A stretch of 64,000 nucleotides of DNA from contig NC_058377.1 of the NCBI RefSeq assembly GCF_018350175.1, positions 9,982,001 through 10,046,000 on the forward strand. The letters run 5' to 3'. The position numbers were made by a program, and so were the translations under genes. The stretch is from Felis catus (lineage: Eukaryota). Shown piece after piece: positions 22,927-36,327 of the stretch (position 1 is the stretch's first letter; the number at the start of each line of letters is the position of its first letter). The notes under the pieces were generated by a model, which was given only the letters and a program-made list of their open reading frames with translations, ran no database searches and was not told the origin of the DNA.

Positions 22927-23420
22927 GTAATCTAAGCTTCCCCTGTTTCCTTCTGTTAACAAAAGAAATACCAGTGGCCGTTTTAGAGGTAGGAATCTGA
23001 TAACTTCCTTGCTGAGATCTCTGAGGCTTCTCTGTTCATTGAGGTGGTTGGGAGTGGATAGCAGTCTTCAGCTGGAACTCCTATCATATTTTACTATGAA
23101 GTAGAATATTAAAGTAATAAAAGAAGGGGTACTCTTTTTCTCTTGATTCTCTTTGACTTCATTCATCAACATAAATATGTGTCTTCTGACTCAGGCTGTC
23201 TACCTGCATTTCATTTATCTGCATCTTGCCCTGGAATCTTTCCTAAACACACAAACACATAAAGGACATGACAGTTAGTAGAATGTAGACTGACAACATT
23301 TAGACCTCTAGTCAATCCAAAATGTAATAGACCCCGTTAGGATTCATGTCATTGTGTCCTTTATTTCCCAGTATTAGGTGTAGACTCCTGTATTTTTAAT
23401 TGATTACCTTTTCTTTCCAG

Positions 23421-23487
23421 TTTGGACACTACTTTGAAACAACATATGATACAAGCTGTAACAACAAAATGCCACTTTCAACACATA
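23421..23487 (+). CDS. CFAP68: CFAP68 coding exon 3
   Basis: tttccag|TTT; FGHYFETTYDTSCNNKMPLSTH; donor A|GTAGGT. Confidence 0.9.
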
Positions 23488-23741
23488 GTAGGTGGACTAT
23501 TCTTTACAATCCTTATATTCTCAGGACCTAACTCAGTGCCTGGAACGTAGAAGAAACTCTGATGAAAGCAAACTGAGTGAGTGAGGAAGTGAATGACTGA
23601 GTGAATGATTTCTCTCTTTTCTCAGTTCTGACAGGACTCCCTAGACTTCCTTCTCTCAGAAATAAGAGTGAAGCCAATTACCAAGGCTCCTCGTTGTTGA
23701 CTGATTCCACTTGACCTTCCTTCTCTTTTCTCTTCCCTCAG

Positions 23742-23917
23742 GATTTAAGCGAGAGCCTCACTCGTTCCCAGGACATCAACCTGAGCTGGATCCTCCTGGA
23801 TACAAATGCACAGAAAAGTCAACTTATATGACTAGCTACTCAGACCCTCAAATTGGGCATGACTCTGCATGTGTGTGGAATCCTAATAACTGCCGACTTA
23901 AGGAGCCAGGATTCTAA
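23742..23917 (+). CDS. CFAP68: CFAP68 coding exon 4
   Basis: Polypyrimidine tract then cag|GA; (R)FKREPHSFPGHQPELDPPGYKCTEKSTYMTSYSDPQ...EPGF*. Confidence 0.92.
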
Positions 23918-24019
23918 GAAGGAATAAGAGGCTTCATTTTTCCAGAATAGATTGTAGGAGGGAGCATATTCTAAGCACAACTAAGAATCTAGCTGATGAG
24001 AGCACAATTTCACAATCTG

Positions 24020-24025
24020 AATAAA
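24020..24025 (+). terminator. Probable CFAP68 polyadenylation signal
   Basis: AATAAA about 100 nt after the stop, followed by T/GT-rich sequence. Confidence 0.65.
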
Positions 24026-26654
24026 GAAAGCACGGAGAATATTCCCTACCCCCTTTTTTGTTTGTCCTAATCAAGATTTAAATGTCAAATTTAAGTTCAT
24101 TGCATCTGCTCTTAGGTCTACATTACGAGGTAGTAGGAGAAGATTCAAAAGAAGTATTTCAAATCTGCAGCCACTTTGCTCTTCCCTGCCTTCCATTCAT
24201 GGCAGACCTGCAAAATCCAGCATAAGGTTATGTCTGGCTAGATGCTTCCTGAATGTGAGCCTGGCATTCACAGTCAGTGTAACTTCTTTGTGACCTTAGT
24301 GAACATCCCCTCTTAAGAACTAGAAAAGGAAAAACAACTTTTTAAAACTATTATAGTGAATTTAAAACGTGCAAAATTAGACAGAATAGTCCAGTGAACT
24401 CCCATCACCCAGTGTGCACAATTTGACCAGTCTTAACTATTCGTATCTACTTTCTCTATTTTTTTTAAATTAATTTTGGAGCAGATCTCACAAATTATAT
24501 CATGTTGTCTGTCAAGATTTCAGTATGTATCTCAAAAAGATAAGGACTGTAGGTGTTTTATTCCTTCACAGAGACCATCACAGAAACCTCATCAAACAAA
24601 GCTGAGTTTCTAAGCCTGCAGCAAACAAGAGCAACTTGACAAAATCTTGGAGAGAATTCAAAAGGGGAATGTTGTGAGGGGTAGAGGGTATCTTTAGAGA
24701 CTTGGGGTTACTTTAAGATGGGTCTTGCAAAGCGGGGAACTGGTATGGATTGAGATAAGATTTGGGACTAGTCCAGGGTTAGTGTGCACAGGGAGGAAAG
24801 AGTCTACATTTTAATACAGTTAAACTTACCAATATTTTACTTTTTTATTTTGTTGCCTGTTTATTATGACAATATAACATATGGGAGAGGTCTCCCATAT
24901 ATTTCCTCCCAAACCTTAATTATTTTATGTTACAGACACAGATACGGAATTTACGTCTTATGTGTCTATGTATATAGTTAGGTCGTAACTAAGTTTCATT
25001 TTTTTCTATGTGACTGTCCAGTTTTCCCAGCATTAATTACTGAAAAGACCATACTTTCTCCACTGCTCTCCTATGCCATTTTTATTGTAAATCAACTGTG
25101 TATACTTAGACCTCTTTCTGGCTATTACATTCCATTGGCCTGTCGTTGCATATGCTAGCTTAGCCACAATGCCTCTCTATCATAATTATGATAATTTTGT
25201 AAATCTTAATATCTAATAAATCAGATAACTTTACCTTGTTTTTCTTCCAAAGTGTGTTAGTTATTTTTAACCCTTTGCAGTTCTATACAAATCTTAGGGT
25301 CAGCTTGTCAAGTTTCACAAAAAGATACTGGTAAGGTATTGGTGGAAACTGCATTGCATTGTTGAATTTGAGTTATTCTGTCTTATTAATTCTAATAAGT
25401 CATTGGTATGTGTTCTTGCAATATTAATAATATTTGGCACGTATTTTTGCACATATATGTGTTATATATCCTATCCTGTTTCCTGTGTATCCAGTATGTT
25501 TTTTAATTTGCGGTAAAATATATATAACATAAACTTACCATTTTAACTATTTTTAAGTGTACAATTCAGTGCCATTATGTATATTCACAGTGTTGTACAA
25601 TTACCACCACTGTCTATTTCCAGAACTTTGTCATTATCCCAAACTGAAGCTCTGGACCAATTGAACATTGACTTCTCATTTCTCCCTTCTCCTAGCCCCT
25701 GGTAACCATTGTTGTACTCTCTGACCCTGAATTTCCACTTATACGTGGAGTTATGTCACATTTGTCCCTTTGTGTCTGGTTTATTTTGTTTAGTATGTTT
25801 TCAGGGTTCATCCATATGATAGCATACCTTCCTTTTAAGACTGAATAATATTCCCTTATGTATTTACTACATTTTGCTTCTCCATTCATCCGGTAGGGAT
25901 ACATGGGCTGTTTTCACCTTTTGCCTATTGTGTGTAATACTGTTATGAACATGGGCGTACAAGTATCTGTTTGAGTCCCCACTTTCAATTCTTTTGGGGA
26001 TACACCCAGAAGTGGAATTGCTAGCTCATATGGTCATTCCATGTTTAACGATTTGGAAATGACCAAATGTTTTCCACAGTGCCTGCGTTTTTTTTTTTTA
26101 CAATCCCACTAGCAATGCACAATTCTAAGTTTGCCACATCCTTAACAACATGTAGTTTGTTCTTTTGGTTTTTGTTTTTATAATAACCATCCTAGTGGGT
26201 GTAGAATGGTCTCTGTTGTGGTTTAGATTTACACTTCCCTAATGGCTAGTGATCTTGAGCATCTTTTCATGTGCATTTAACTATCTCTTTGGAGAAATGT
26301 TTATTCAAGTCTTGTGCTGTGCCCACTTTTGAATTGAGTTGTTGGCCTTTTTGTTGTAGGAGTTCTTTATATACTCTGGATATTAATTCCTAATCAGATA
26401 TAGGATTTGCAAAAATTTTCTCTACCATTCTGTGGATTGACCTTTCACTCTCTTGATGGTGTCCTTTGATACACAAAAGTTTTCAATTTTGATGAAGTCC
26501 AATTTATCTTTTTTTCTTTTGTTGCCTAAACTTTTTGTGTCATATCCAGAAAATCATCACCAAAGTCAATGTTATGGAGTTTTTTCCATGTTTTCTTCTA
26601 AGATTCTACAGTTTTCACTCTTATAATTAGATCTTTGATCCTCTTGGAGTTAAC

Positions 26655-26842
26655 TTTTTTTTTGAAAGAGAGAGAGAGGAGAAAGGAGGGGTAGAGCGAG
26701 AGAGGGAGAGAGAGAATTCCAAGCAGGCTCCACAGTGTCAGCTAAGAGTCAAATGCCAGGCTGGAACCCATGAACTGTGAGATCATAACCTGAGCTGAAT
26801 CCAAGAGTCAGACACTTAACCAACTGAGCCACCTAGGTACCC
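26655..26842 (-). mobile_element. Can-SINE (first of a tandem pair)
   Basis: Flanked by GAGTTAAC repeats. Confidence 0.88.
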
Positions 26843-26851
26843 TGAGTTAAC

Positions 26852-27051
26852 TTTTTTTTTTTTTTTTTGAGAGAAAAAGACAGAGGTGGGGGGGGGGGTG
26901 TGGTCAGACACAGAGGGAGAGAGAATCCCAAACAGGCTCTGCACTATCAGTGCACAGCCCAATATGGTGTTCGATCTCACAAACCATGAGATCATGACCT
27001 GAGCCCAAATCAAGAGTCAGATGTTTAATCAACTAGGCCACCCAGGCGCCC
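26852..27051 (-). mobile_element. Can-SINE (second of a tandem pair)
   Basis: Flanked by CTGAGTTAAC repeats. Confidence 0.88.
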
Positions 27052-27344
27052 GCTGAGTTAACCTTTTCTATGGTAGTAAAAGTCCAACTTCATTCTTTTG
27101 CAGGTGGATGTCTAGTTATCTTAGCATCATTTGTTGAAAAGACTGTCTTCTCCTTCCCCTTTGAATGGACGTGGTATCTTTGTCAAAAACCATTTAACCA
27201 TATACATGACGATTTATGTCTGGCCTCTGTATTCTATTCCATTGGTCTATATATCTATTTTTGTGGTGATACCACAGTGTTTTTGATTACTGTAGTTTGT
27301 AATAAATTTTAAAATTGGGAAGTGTGAGTCTTCTAACTTTGTTC

Positions 27345-27559
27345 TTTTTATTTATTTTTTAATTTTGAAATTTTATTTAAATTTTAAAGAGAGAGCGTGA
27401 GCGGGGGAGAGAGGCAGAGGGGGAGAGAGAGAATCCCACCAAGCAGGCTTCACACTTAGTATGGAGCCCAACACAGGGCCTGATCCCACGACCCTGGGAT
27501 CATGACCTGAGCCAAAATCAAGAATCTGATGGTCAACCAACTGAGCCATCCAGATGCCC
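27345..27559 (-). mobile_element. Can-SINE
   Basis: Head/body/T tail. Confidence 0.88.
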
Positions 27560-27997
27560 TTTCTTCTTTTTAAAGATTATTTTGGCTATCCAGGGTTCCT
27601 TGATATTCCATATGAATTTTAGGGTAAATTTATTCACTTCTAAAAAATTATTGAAATTTCTGTAGGGATTGAAGTGAATCTGTAGATCAGTTTATCTAGT
27701 ATTGATATATTAACAATATTAAGTCTTCTAATCCATGAACATGTGACGTCTTTCCATTTATCTGTGTCTTTAATTTCATTCAGCAATGTTTTATTGTTTT
27801 CAGTGTGCAAGTCTTTTGCCTTTTTTGTTAAGTTTATTCCACAGTATTTATTTTATCCTTTTTTGATGCTATTGTGAATAGAGTTGTTTTCTTAATTTCC
27901 TTTTTGGATTATTCTTTGCTAGCATATAGTAATGTAGCTGATTTTTGTGTGTTGGTTTTATATCCTGCAACTTTGCTGTATTTATTAGTTCTAGAGG

Positions 27998-28000
<3 letters not shown>

Positions 28001-28050
<50 letters not shown>

Positions 28051-28052
28051 TG
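28001..28052. repeat. (TG)n microsatellite
   Basis: Direct reading. Confidence 0.95.
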
Positions 28053-28337
28053 AAATCTTTAGGGTTCTTTACATGTAAGATCATGTCATCTGTAAACAGA
28101 GATAATTTTATTTCTTCTTTTCCACTTGCAATGCTTTTCTTTTTCTTGCCTGATTGCTCTGGATAGAACTGCCAATAATATATTGAAAGAAGTGGTGAGA
28201 GTGGACCTTTGTGTCTTGATCCTGATGTTAAAGGAGAGACTTTCAGACTTCACCACTGAGTATGATGTTAGCTATGGGTTTTTCATATATGGTCTTTATT
28301 TTGTTAATGTGATTTCCTGTTATTCTTAGTTGAGTGG

Positions 28338-28401
28338 GTTTTTTTTTAAGTTTATTTATTTATTTTGAGAGAGACAGAAAGAGTGTGAGCAGGGGAGGGG
28401 C

Positions 28402-28432
<31 letters not shown>

Positions 28433-28599
28433 CAGAGAGAGACAGAGAGAGAGACACAGAGAGAGAGAGAGTCTCAAGCAGGCTCCATACTGCCAACACA
28501 GAGCCCTATGCAGGGCTCAGTGTCACAAACTGTGAGATCATGACCTGTGCCAAAATCAAGAGTCAGATGCTCAACCGACTGACCACCCAGGTGCCCCCC
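28338..28599 (-). mobile_element. Can-SINE
   Basis: TSD TAGTTGAGTG; (GA)n body. Confidence 0.9.
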
Positions 28600-29239
28600 T
28601 AGTTGAGTGTTTTTACTATGAAAAGATATTTAATTCTGTCCAATGTTTTCCTGCATCATTTGAGATTATCATGGGTTCCCCACCCATTCTGTTCATGTGG
28701 TATATTACATTTATTTTTATACGTTGAATCAACTTTGCCTTCCAGGAATAAATCTCACTTGGTTGTGGTATACAATCCTCTTAATATGTTGCTGAATTCA
28801 GTTTGTTAGTATTTTGTTGATTTGTGTATCAATATTCACAAGAGATATTAGTCTGTAATTTTCTTTTCTTTTAATGTCTTTTCTGGCTTTGATATCAGGG
28901 TAATACTGGACTCATGGAATGAGTTAAGAAATGTTCCTTCCTCTTCAATTTTTTTGAAAAAGTTTGACAAGGATTGGTTTTAATTATTTGTTTGGTAGTG
29001 AACTCATACCATTGGTGAAGCCAATCTGGTTCAGGGATTTTCTTTGCTGGGATGTTGTTGTTATTGATTCCATCTCCTCATTAGTTATAGAAATATTCAT
29101 ATTTTCTATTTCCTCATGATTCAATTTTGGTAGATTGCTTCTAACAAATGTATTAATTCTACCCAGATTGTTTCTAGGAATTTATCCATTTAATCTATGT
29201 TTTCCAATTTGCTGGCATACTATTGTTCATTGTATTCTT

Positions 29240-29478
29240 TTTTTTTTTTTAAACATTTTATTTTATTTTATTTTATTTTCAACGTTTATTTATTTTTGGG
29301 ACAGAGACAGAGCATGAATGGGGGAGGGGCAGAGAGAGAGGGAGACACAGAATCGGAAACAGGCTCCAGGCTCTGAGCCATCAGCCCAGAGCCTGACGCG
29401 GGGCTCGAACTCACGGACCGCGAGATCGTGATCTGGCTGAAGTCGGACGCTTAACCGACTGCGCCACCCAGGCGCCCC
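29240..29478 (-). mobile_element. Young SINEC_Fc-type Can-SINE
   Basis: TSD TGTTCATTGTATTCTT at 29224-29239 and 29479-29494. Confidence 0.93.
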
Positions 29479-29958
29479 TGTTCATTGTATTCTTATAATC
29501 CTTTTTATTTCTGTAAAATCTGTAATAATGTATGTACTTTTTTTTCTGATGTTAGTAATTTGATTTTTCTCTATTTTCTCAGCCAGTCTAGCTAAAGGTT
29601 TGTCAATTTTGTTGATCTTTTCACCAGAACCAACTTTGGGTTTCATTGATTTTCTCTATTGTTTTCTATTCATTTTATCTCTGCTCTAATCTTATTTCTG
29701 TCCGTCTGCTAGCTTTGGGACAAGTTGGCTAGTTTTTCCTGGTCCCTTGCAAAGTAAAGTTAGGCTATTGATTTGAGATCATTTTTCTTTTTTAATATAT
29801 GTATTTACAGCTGTAAATGTCCCTCTTAGTACTACTTTCATTGCATCCCATGAGTTTTAATATAAAATGGGTTTTCTTTCCCATTTATCTCAAGGTACTT
29901 TTAGATTTCTTTTATGATTTATTGCTTAATCCAACGGTTGCTTAAGAAGCATTGTTCA

Positions 29959-30163
29959 GGGGTGCCTGGGTGGCTCAGTTGGTTGAACATCTGATTCTGG
30001 TTTCAGCCCAGGTCATGATCTCACCGTTGGTGAGTTTGAGCTCTGCGTTAGCTAGGACCTGGCAGTGAGAGACCTGCTTGGGATTCTCTCTCTCTCCCTC
30101 TCTCTCTGCCCCTCCCTCTCTCTCTCCCTGTCTCTCCAAATAAATAAATAAACTTTAAAAAAA
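29959..30163 (+). mobile_element. Can-SINE
   Basis: Head, (CT)n, A tail. Confidence 0.88.
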
Positions 30164-30287
30164 GAATGTGTTGTTCAATTTGTGAATTTTCCATTTTTCC
30201 TTCTGTTATTGATTTCTAGTTTCATTTCATTGTGATTAGAAAAGATATTTTGTATGCTTTCAATCTTTTAAAATTTATCAAGACTTA

Positions 30288-30454
30288 GGGAGCCTGAGTG
30301 GCTCAGTCAGTTAAGCATCTGACTCTTCATTTCGGCTCAGGTCATGATCTCACCGTTCATGAGATCAAGCCCCACATCGGGCGCCACACTGACAGCAAAG
30401 AGCCTGCTTGGGATTCTCTCTCTCCCTCTCTCTATCCATCCCTCCCCTGCTCAT

Positions 30455-30495
<41 letters not shown>

Positions 30496-30497
30496 AA

Positions 30498-30536
<39 letters not shown>

Positions 30537-30540
30537 GTAA
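30288..30540 (+). mobile_element. Can-SINE with (TAAA)n tail
   Basis: Head, (CT)n, (TAAA)n. Confidence 0.9.
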
Positions 30541-30918
30541 AATTATTAAGGCTTGCTTGCAGCCTAATGTATGGTTTTTCTTGCAGAATGTTCCATGTAC
30601 TGAGAAAAATTGTATAATTCCTTTGTTGTTAGGTGGAGGGTTCTGCCACCCCTTTGTAATTGCCTCTAACTCCCCACTGTCCAGCCAAGCTGCAGAGAAC
30701 ATCCTCATACGGCCCTTTATAGATGTGTGCAAATTACGCACATGGTGAATTTCTGGCTAATGAAGTCATGGTATATCTAAATCGACTGTTGTCCTCAAGA
30801 GTGACTGTGCTGCCCACCCATCCACAAGCAGTGCCTGAGGTTCTATGTTGCCTTATCTCTGCCAATACTTAGCATTAACCAACTTTCTATTTTTTGCGAA
30901 GCTGACAGGCGTGTAAAG

Positions 30919-31128
30919 TAGTGGTTCTCAACTGGGAACAATTTTATCCTTCAGGAGATAGTTGGCAATGTCTAGAGACATTTTTGATTGTGACAAAGCT
31001 GATATGTCTACTACATCCACTGAGCAAATGCCAGGGGTGCTACTAAACACCCTACAAGGCACAGAGGAACTCCCGTGACAAAGGATTATCTGGCCCCAAA
31101 TATCACCAATGCAATATTGAGAAAGCCT
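30919..31128 (+). mobile_element. MER20-like hAT-Charlie DNA transposon
   Basis: agtggttctcaac...tggcaatgtctagagacatttttg...ttatctggccccaaat...ttgagaaa. Confidence 0.75.
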
Positions 31129-31385
31129 ATTGTAAAATGATAGCTTATTGTTGCTTTGACTGGCATTGCACTGACTGCCAATGATTTTCAGCATTTCTTT
31201 GTATTGCTTATTAGTTCCCACTTCTGTACATTTCCTTTGTACAGTCTTTGTCCACTTTTTTTTTTTTTTTTGGAGCAGCTGTCCTTTTCTTGGTTTGCAG
31301 AGGTCCTTTGTATATTCCTGCTACTAATGCCACTAATCTCTTATGAATTTTAGAGATTAAATACATTTCCCTTTCTGTCAGCTTC

Positions 31386-31866
31386 TGTGGAGGATTAAAG
31401 ATGGCCACAAATTCTTTGACACTCCTCTCATTAAAAGGTGGAAGTCTATGCCCCTCCTTTTTAAATGTAGACAAACTCTGCAACTGCTTTGACCCCAAAA
31501 AATATGCAGGTTTCTAGGCCCAGGCCTTAAGAAGCTTGCACTTCCTGTCTTGTGGAATACTCCTTCCTGGAGCCCTGAAGTCCAGTCACCTGATGGAAAC
31601 ACCCTATAGAGAGGCCTTGAGACTACAAAGACAGGGAGAGGGGCTCAGCTGAGTCCAGCCTTCTAACCATCTTTACCAAAGCATCAGGAAAGAGGGTTAA
31701 GCCATCTTAAAGCCTAAATACCACCAACTGACCTCAGTCAAGGTCATGAGGAGCTCAAGAAATGCCTAGCTGAGCCCCGTGCTATAAATAGTAAGGTCTA
31801 ATAAAATGATTGTTAAGCTACTAAGTTTTGGGATAGTGTGATATGCATGAATAGATCACCAGAACA
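31386..31866 (+). mobile_element. MLT1-type (MaLR) solo LTR
   Basis: tgtgg..attaaagatggccacaaattctttgacactcct start; aagctactaagttttggg...atagatcaccagaaca end. Confidence 0.75.
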
Positions 31867-33344
31867 ATATTCTATAAATTAAGATTGTAATCTATAAACT
31901 TGCGGAACTTTCTTATTGGTTCTAATAGTTTGTCTATTGATTCTGTCGGGGTTGTTTTAGCAGACGATTATATCATTTGCAAATATCTGCCAATATGCCC
32001 ATTCTCCTGAGTTTTATTTTTTTATTTAAATAATTTCATATTTATTTTGTCCATATTGTTATTTACTTTTTCTGCTTAAAAAAAAGAAACAAACAAACAA
32101 CTAGGATCACTATGTAACAAAGAGATTGCACTCTTAATAACAAAGAGATTGCATCACTATGAACTTACTGTTCTATCTTGTCAGGAAGTATGTCTCTCGT
32201 TTACTCTTTGACCTACCACTTTCCTGAAACTGTATAGCAGTGAAAAGTTTTGCTAAATCTAATGGATGCTTCAGCTCATATGTTACTTGACTTTTTATGT
32301 TCTGTATTTGACAATATGCCTGACTACTCCTTTCTTCCCTTGGTGTCTATGATATCGTGCTAAATGCTTTTTCTCCTATCTTTCTGAGACACCTCTTTGT
32401 CTCTTTTATAAGTTCATCTTTCTCTGCCTATCCCTTACATTTGTCTTTCCAATGATTCTGTTGTTGACCTTCCCCACAACTCTTTTTGGCTAACTCTAGA
32501 TGATACTATCAACACCCAGACCTTCAGCTCTCACCTATGTGCTTCCATATTCCATATCTCTGCTTCTATACCAGATGTGTCTCCAGAGCTCTGAATATAC
32601 ATACCCAACTACTTACTGAATATCTCCATTCAAATTCCCAAAGGCCCACAAACTCACCATACCTACAACTGGACTCATAATCTTCTGTCTCAAATTTTTT
32701 CCCTCCTAATGTATTCCATATCTGGGTGAATTCAATAGCCCTCTTTTATGTATCTTAACCACTCTTTCTTAGTTTTATTATTATGTACTATATAATAAGT
32801 TTATCCAGTTGTCAAAACCAGAAACCAAGGAGTATTTTGGTTCCTCCTTTCTTAACCCATTCAAACATAGAGAGCCTTGTAAACTCTACCTCCATGTTAT
32901 GTTTTGATTATGTCCCCCTTTTTTACCTCTCTGTTGCCTTTTCCATGCTCCAGTTTTCCCTTATTTCTCATCCATTCTGCTGTGAGACCCTTTAGGTTGA
33001 TAGCTCTAATTTCTATTTCAGTCCCCGCATATCAATCTCTATAGTGTTCCCAGAGTGACTCTAAAAAGACAAAGTTGATCACAACACTCACTTGATTAAA
33101 GCCCTTTGTTGGCTTCTATTTCCCTCAAAATAAATTCCAAAGTCCTTAGCAGAATCCTTTTCTAACTCCCTTGCCTTGTCTGTCACACAGGCCCCCAACT
33201 CATACATCTGAAGCCCTAACCAAACCTAAATACATGGGCACTTCAGGCTCTTCACTCTTCCTAGATGTATTCCCTTTCCTTTTCACCTTGCTAAGTCATA
33301 TAAACCAATGATACTATCAACTTGCTAAGTCATAAACAGCTAAG

Positions 33345-33810
33345 AATGCAGTTAGACACCCACTTGGAAGGCTGTAACCAAAAAGATAGATGATAGTAAG
33401 TGTCGGTAAGAATACGGAGACATTAGAACCCTCATATACTGCTGGTGGGAATGTGAAATAGTGCGGCTGCTTTAGAAAACAGCCAGGTGGTACCTCAAAA
33501 GGTTAAACATTGGGGCGCCTGGCTGGCTCACGTTGGTGGAGCAATCGACTCTTGTTCTCAGGGTCATGAGTTTGAGCCCCATGTTGGGTGTAGAGACTAC
33601 TTTGAAAAACTAAAAAATAAATAAACATGTACCCTGTAGTGAATTGTAGTAATGTACCATAGGAAGTGTGGATCTAATGGTTTAAAAAAAAAAGGTTTGG
33701 GGCTCATGGGTGGCTCAGTCAGTTAAGTGGCTGACTCTAGGTTTTGGCTGAGGTCATGATCTCCATCATGAGAGCCCTGAGTCAGGCCCAGATCATGGAG
33801 CCTGCTTAAG

Positions 33811-33850
<40 letters not shown>

Positions 33851-34480
33851 CCTCCCCTGCTCAAGCACACATGCACATGGGACTTTCCCCCCACGAAAAC
33901 AAATAAACTTTTAAAAAAGTTTAAACATAGAGTTATCATATAATCCAGCAATGCCACTCCTTGGTATATACTCAAAAGAAATGAAAACATATATGCATGC
34001 AAAAAAACAGTAGTGTTCATAGCAGCAGCATCGATAATCGTCAAAAAGTGGAAGTAACTCAAATGTCCACCAGCTGATGAATGGGTAAATAAACGATGAT
34101 ATCCGTGCAATGAAATATTATTTGGCATTAAAAAGGAGTGAAGTACTGATACATGTAATGACATGGAAGAAACTTGAATACATTACACCAAGGGAAAGAA
34201 GCTAGTCACAATGGAATACATATTGTATGATTCCACTTACATGAAATGTCCTAAATAGACCAGTCTATAGAGACAACAAGTAGATTAGTTGTTGCCTAAG
34301 GCTGAGGGGTGGGCATCGGAGGATGACAGCTAATGGGGGTAAGGTATCCTCTTGGCTAATGAAATGACCTAAAACTGGTTGTAGTGATGGATGCCCAACT
34401 GTGTGAATATATGAAAAACTATTAAAGTCTACACTTTGAATGGGTTAATAGTGTAGAACAATATCTCAATAAAGTTGTTA
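33345..34480 (+). mobile_element. L1MB-like 3' end, interrupted by SINEs at about 33512-33625 and 33698-33918
   Basis: gaaccctcatatactgctggtgggaatgt...aaatgtccaccagctgatgaatgg...tctcaataaagttgtt. Confidence 0.85.
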
Positions 34481-34948
34481 AGAAATTTTGATCATGGGTA
34501 ACCATCTCCAATATTCCTTGCATGTCCAGGAAATATATTCCTTTTAAAGGACCCCATAGCAGACATTTTAAAGAGACATCATAGAATCTTGAAAAGATGT
34601 CTTAGAATTGCCCTTTTATTTGCCTGCTGTCCTACTCAATTCTTAATTCCTTTAGAGCAGACATGTCTTATTTTTGTACTTAGCGTATAGTGGGCACTCA
34701 AATATTTATTGAATGATTAAGCATTGTCAATTTCCAGAACAAAGATCAGACCCAGTGAAATATTCAAAATAAAACATAAAGTATGAAATAGAATTTTTCT
34801 AAACAAGAAAATATGTATTACCTCTAAACCAGTAGTCAAAAACATTCATCTGGTCTTCTAAGTGTTATATCTGACTGAAGTTACATGCATTTATTATACA
34901 TTATTTCCTAGAATTATTCTATAAAAAATGATAGTTTAAAAAAAGGTA

Positions 34949-35084
34949 GGGGTGCCTGGGTGGCTCAGTCAGTTGAATGTTGGACATGATCTCACCATAC
35001 ATGGGTTCAAGCCCCATGTCAGGCTCTGTGCTGACAGCTTGGAGCCTGGAGCCTGCTTTGGATTCTGTGCCTCCCTCTCTCTCT
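34949..35084 (+). mobile_element. Can-SINE (3' end in a gap)
   Basis: GGGGTGCCTGGGTGGCTCAG head. Confidence 0.85.
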
Positions 35085-36154
35085 NNNNNNNNNNNNNNNN
35101 NNNNNNNNNNNNNNNNNNNNNNNNNNNNNNNNNNNNNNNNNNNNNNNNNNNNNNNNNNNNNNNNNNNNNNNNNNNNNNNNNNNNNNNNNNNNNNNNNNNN
35201 NNNNNNNNNNNNNNNNNNNNNNNNNNNNNNNNNNNNNNNNNNNNNNNNNNNNNNNNNNNNNNNNNNNNNNNNNNNNNNNNNNNNNACAGACTGGTAGCAT
35301 AACTCAATTATGAATGAAACAGAATTATGGATGAGTTAGCTTGTAAAACTGAGGGAAAAATCCTTAAATATACTGGACTAGAAAAGTCCTACACTAATGA
35401 CAATAAACAGCCATAGCAGAAGAGGCGATCTGGAAAAGAAGAACAATAAAGAACTAGTCTCACTTGAGTCCAGTTAAAATGCACCAAAAAAGTGACCCTA
35501 CACATTTTGAACGAATTTGTCAAAAACATAAATATCAAGATCTAGTATGCAAAATATGATTTATTTAACACCAAGTCATTAAGATTATGTTTGCTTGAGA
35601 AATCTGGTAATCCACTAAAATGATTAAAGTTGACACATGGTTTCCAAGACATTCTCAGATTTTTACACTATTTAATTCAGCCTCTATCAGTTAAGTTTTT
35701 TTGCATACCAGGAACATAAAAGCATTGTCAAAATAAATTAAACAAAAATAAGGCATAAGACATTCTGAAGTAAGGAAGTCTAGAGCTGGCCAATTTAGCA
35801 ATTCTGTGACCCATCAAGAACCTGGAGTCCTGCCACCTTTTTGCTCAGCCATCCTCAGCATATCATGGATGGTCCCTCATGGTTTCAAGATGCTTACAGC
35901 AATCTGAGTGCCACATCATCATGCTCCAATACCCAAAAGAAGAAGAAGAAAAAAAAATCTCTCCTTCCCACCTTTCTCCCTTTCTCTCTTTTGGTGAGTC
36001 TTTTTAAAAACTCAAAACCTCTTCCAGAAGCACCTCCAGCAAACTGCCCTCCTGTCTCATTAGCCATAATTGGGTCATGGCCTTTTCAAGACTAATCTTG
36101 ACAGAGGGAAAGGAATCTCCATGATTGGTTTGGGCTAATCAAGATAGACCACCT

Positions 36155-36327
36155 GGGGCACCTCGGTGGCTCAGATGGTTAAGCGTCCAACTCGTGATTT
36201 GGGCCCAGGTCATGACCCCACATCACGAGCATGGGGCTTCACACTGGTTTGGAGCCTGCTTAAGATTCTCTCCCTCCCTTCCTCTGCCAGTCCCCCACTC
36301 ATACTGTCTCTCAAAAAAGGAAAAAGA
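36155..36327 (+). mobile_element. Can-SINE
   Basis: ggggcacctcggtggctcag head. Confidence 0.8.

Larger units (their letters stand above)
20666..23917 (+). other. CFAP68: CFAP68 (C11orf1, UPF0686) gene span, 4 coding exons, 171 aa
   Basis: 42+231+67+176 = 516 nt in frame; recognised as the C11orf1 orthologue from sequence and synteny. Confidence 0.9.
25500..30650 (-). mobile_element. Long antisense L1 (3'UTR plus ORF2), interrupted by about seven SINEs
   Basis: Continuous L1 motifs (ttgatgaagtccaatttatc, ccatgaacatg, gagtatgatgttagct, gctaaaggtttgtcaattttgttgatctttt). Confidence 0.85.
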
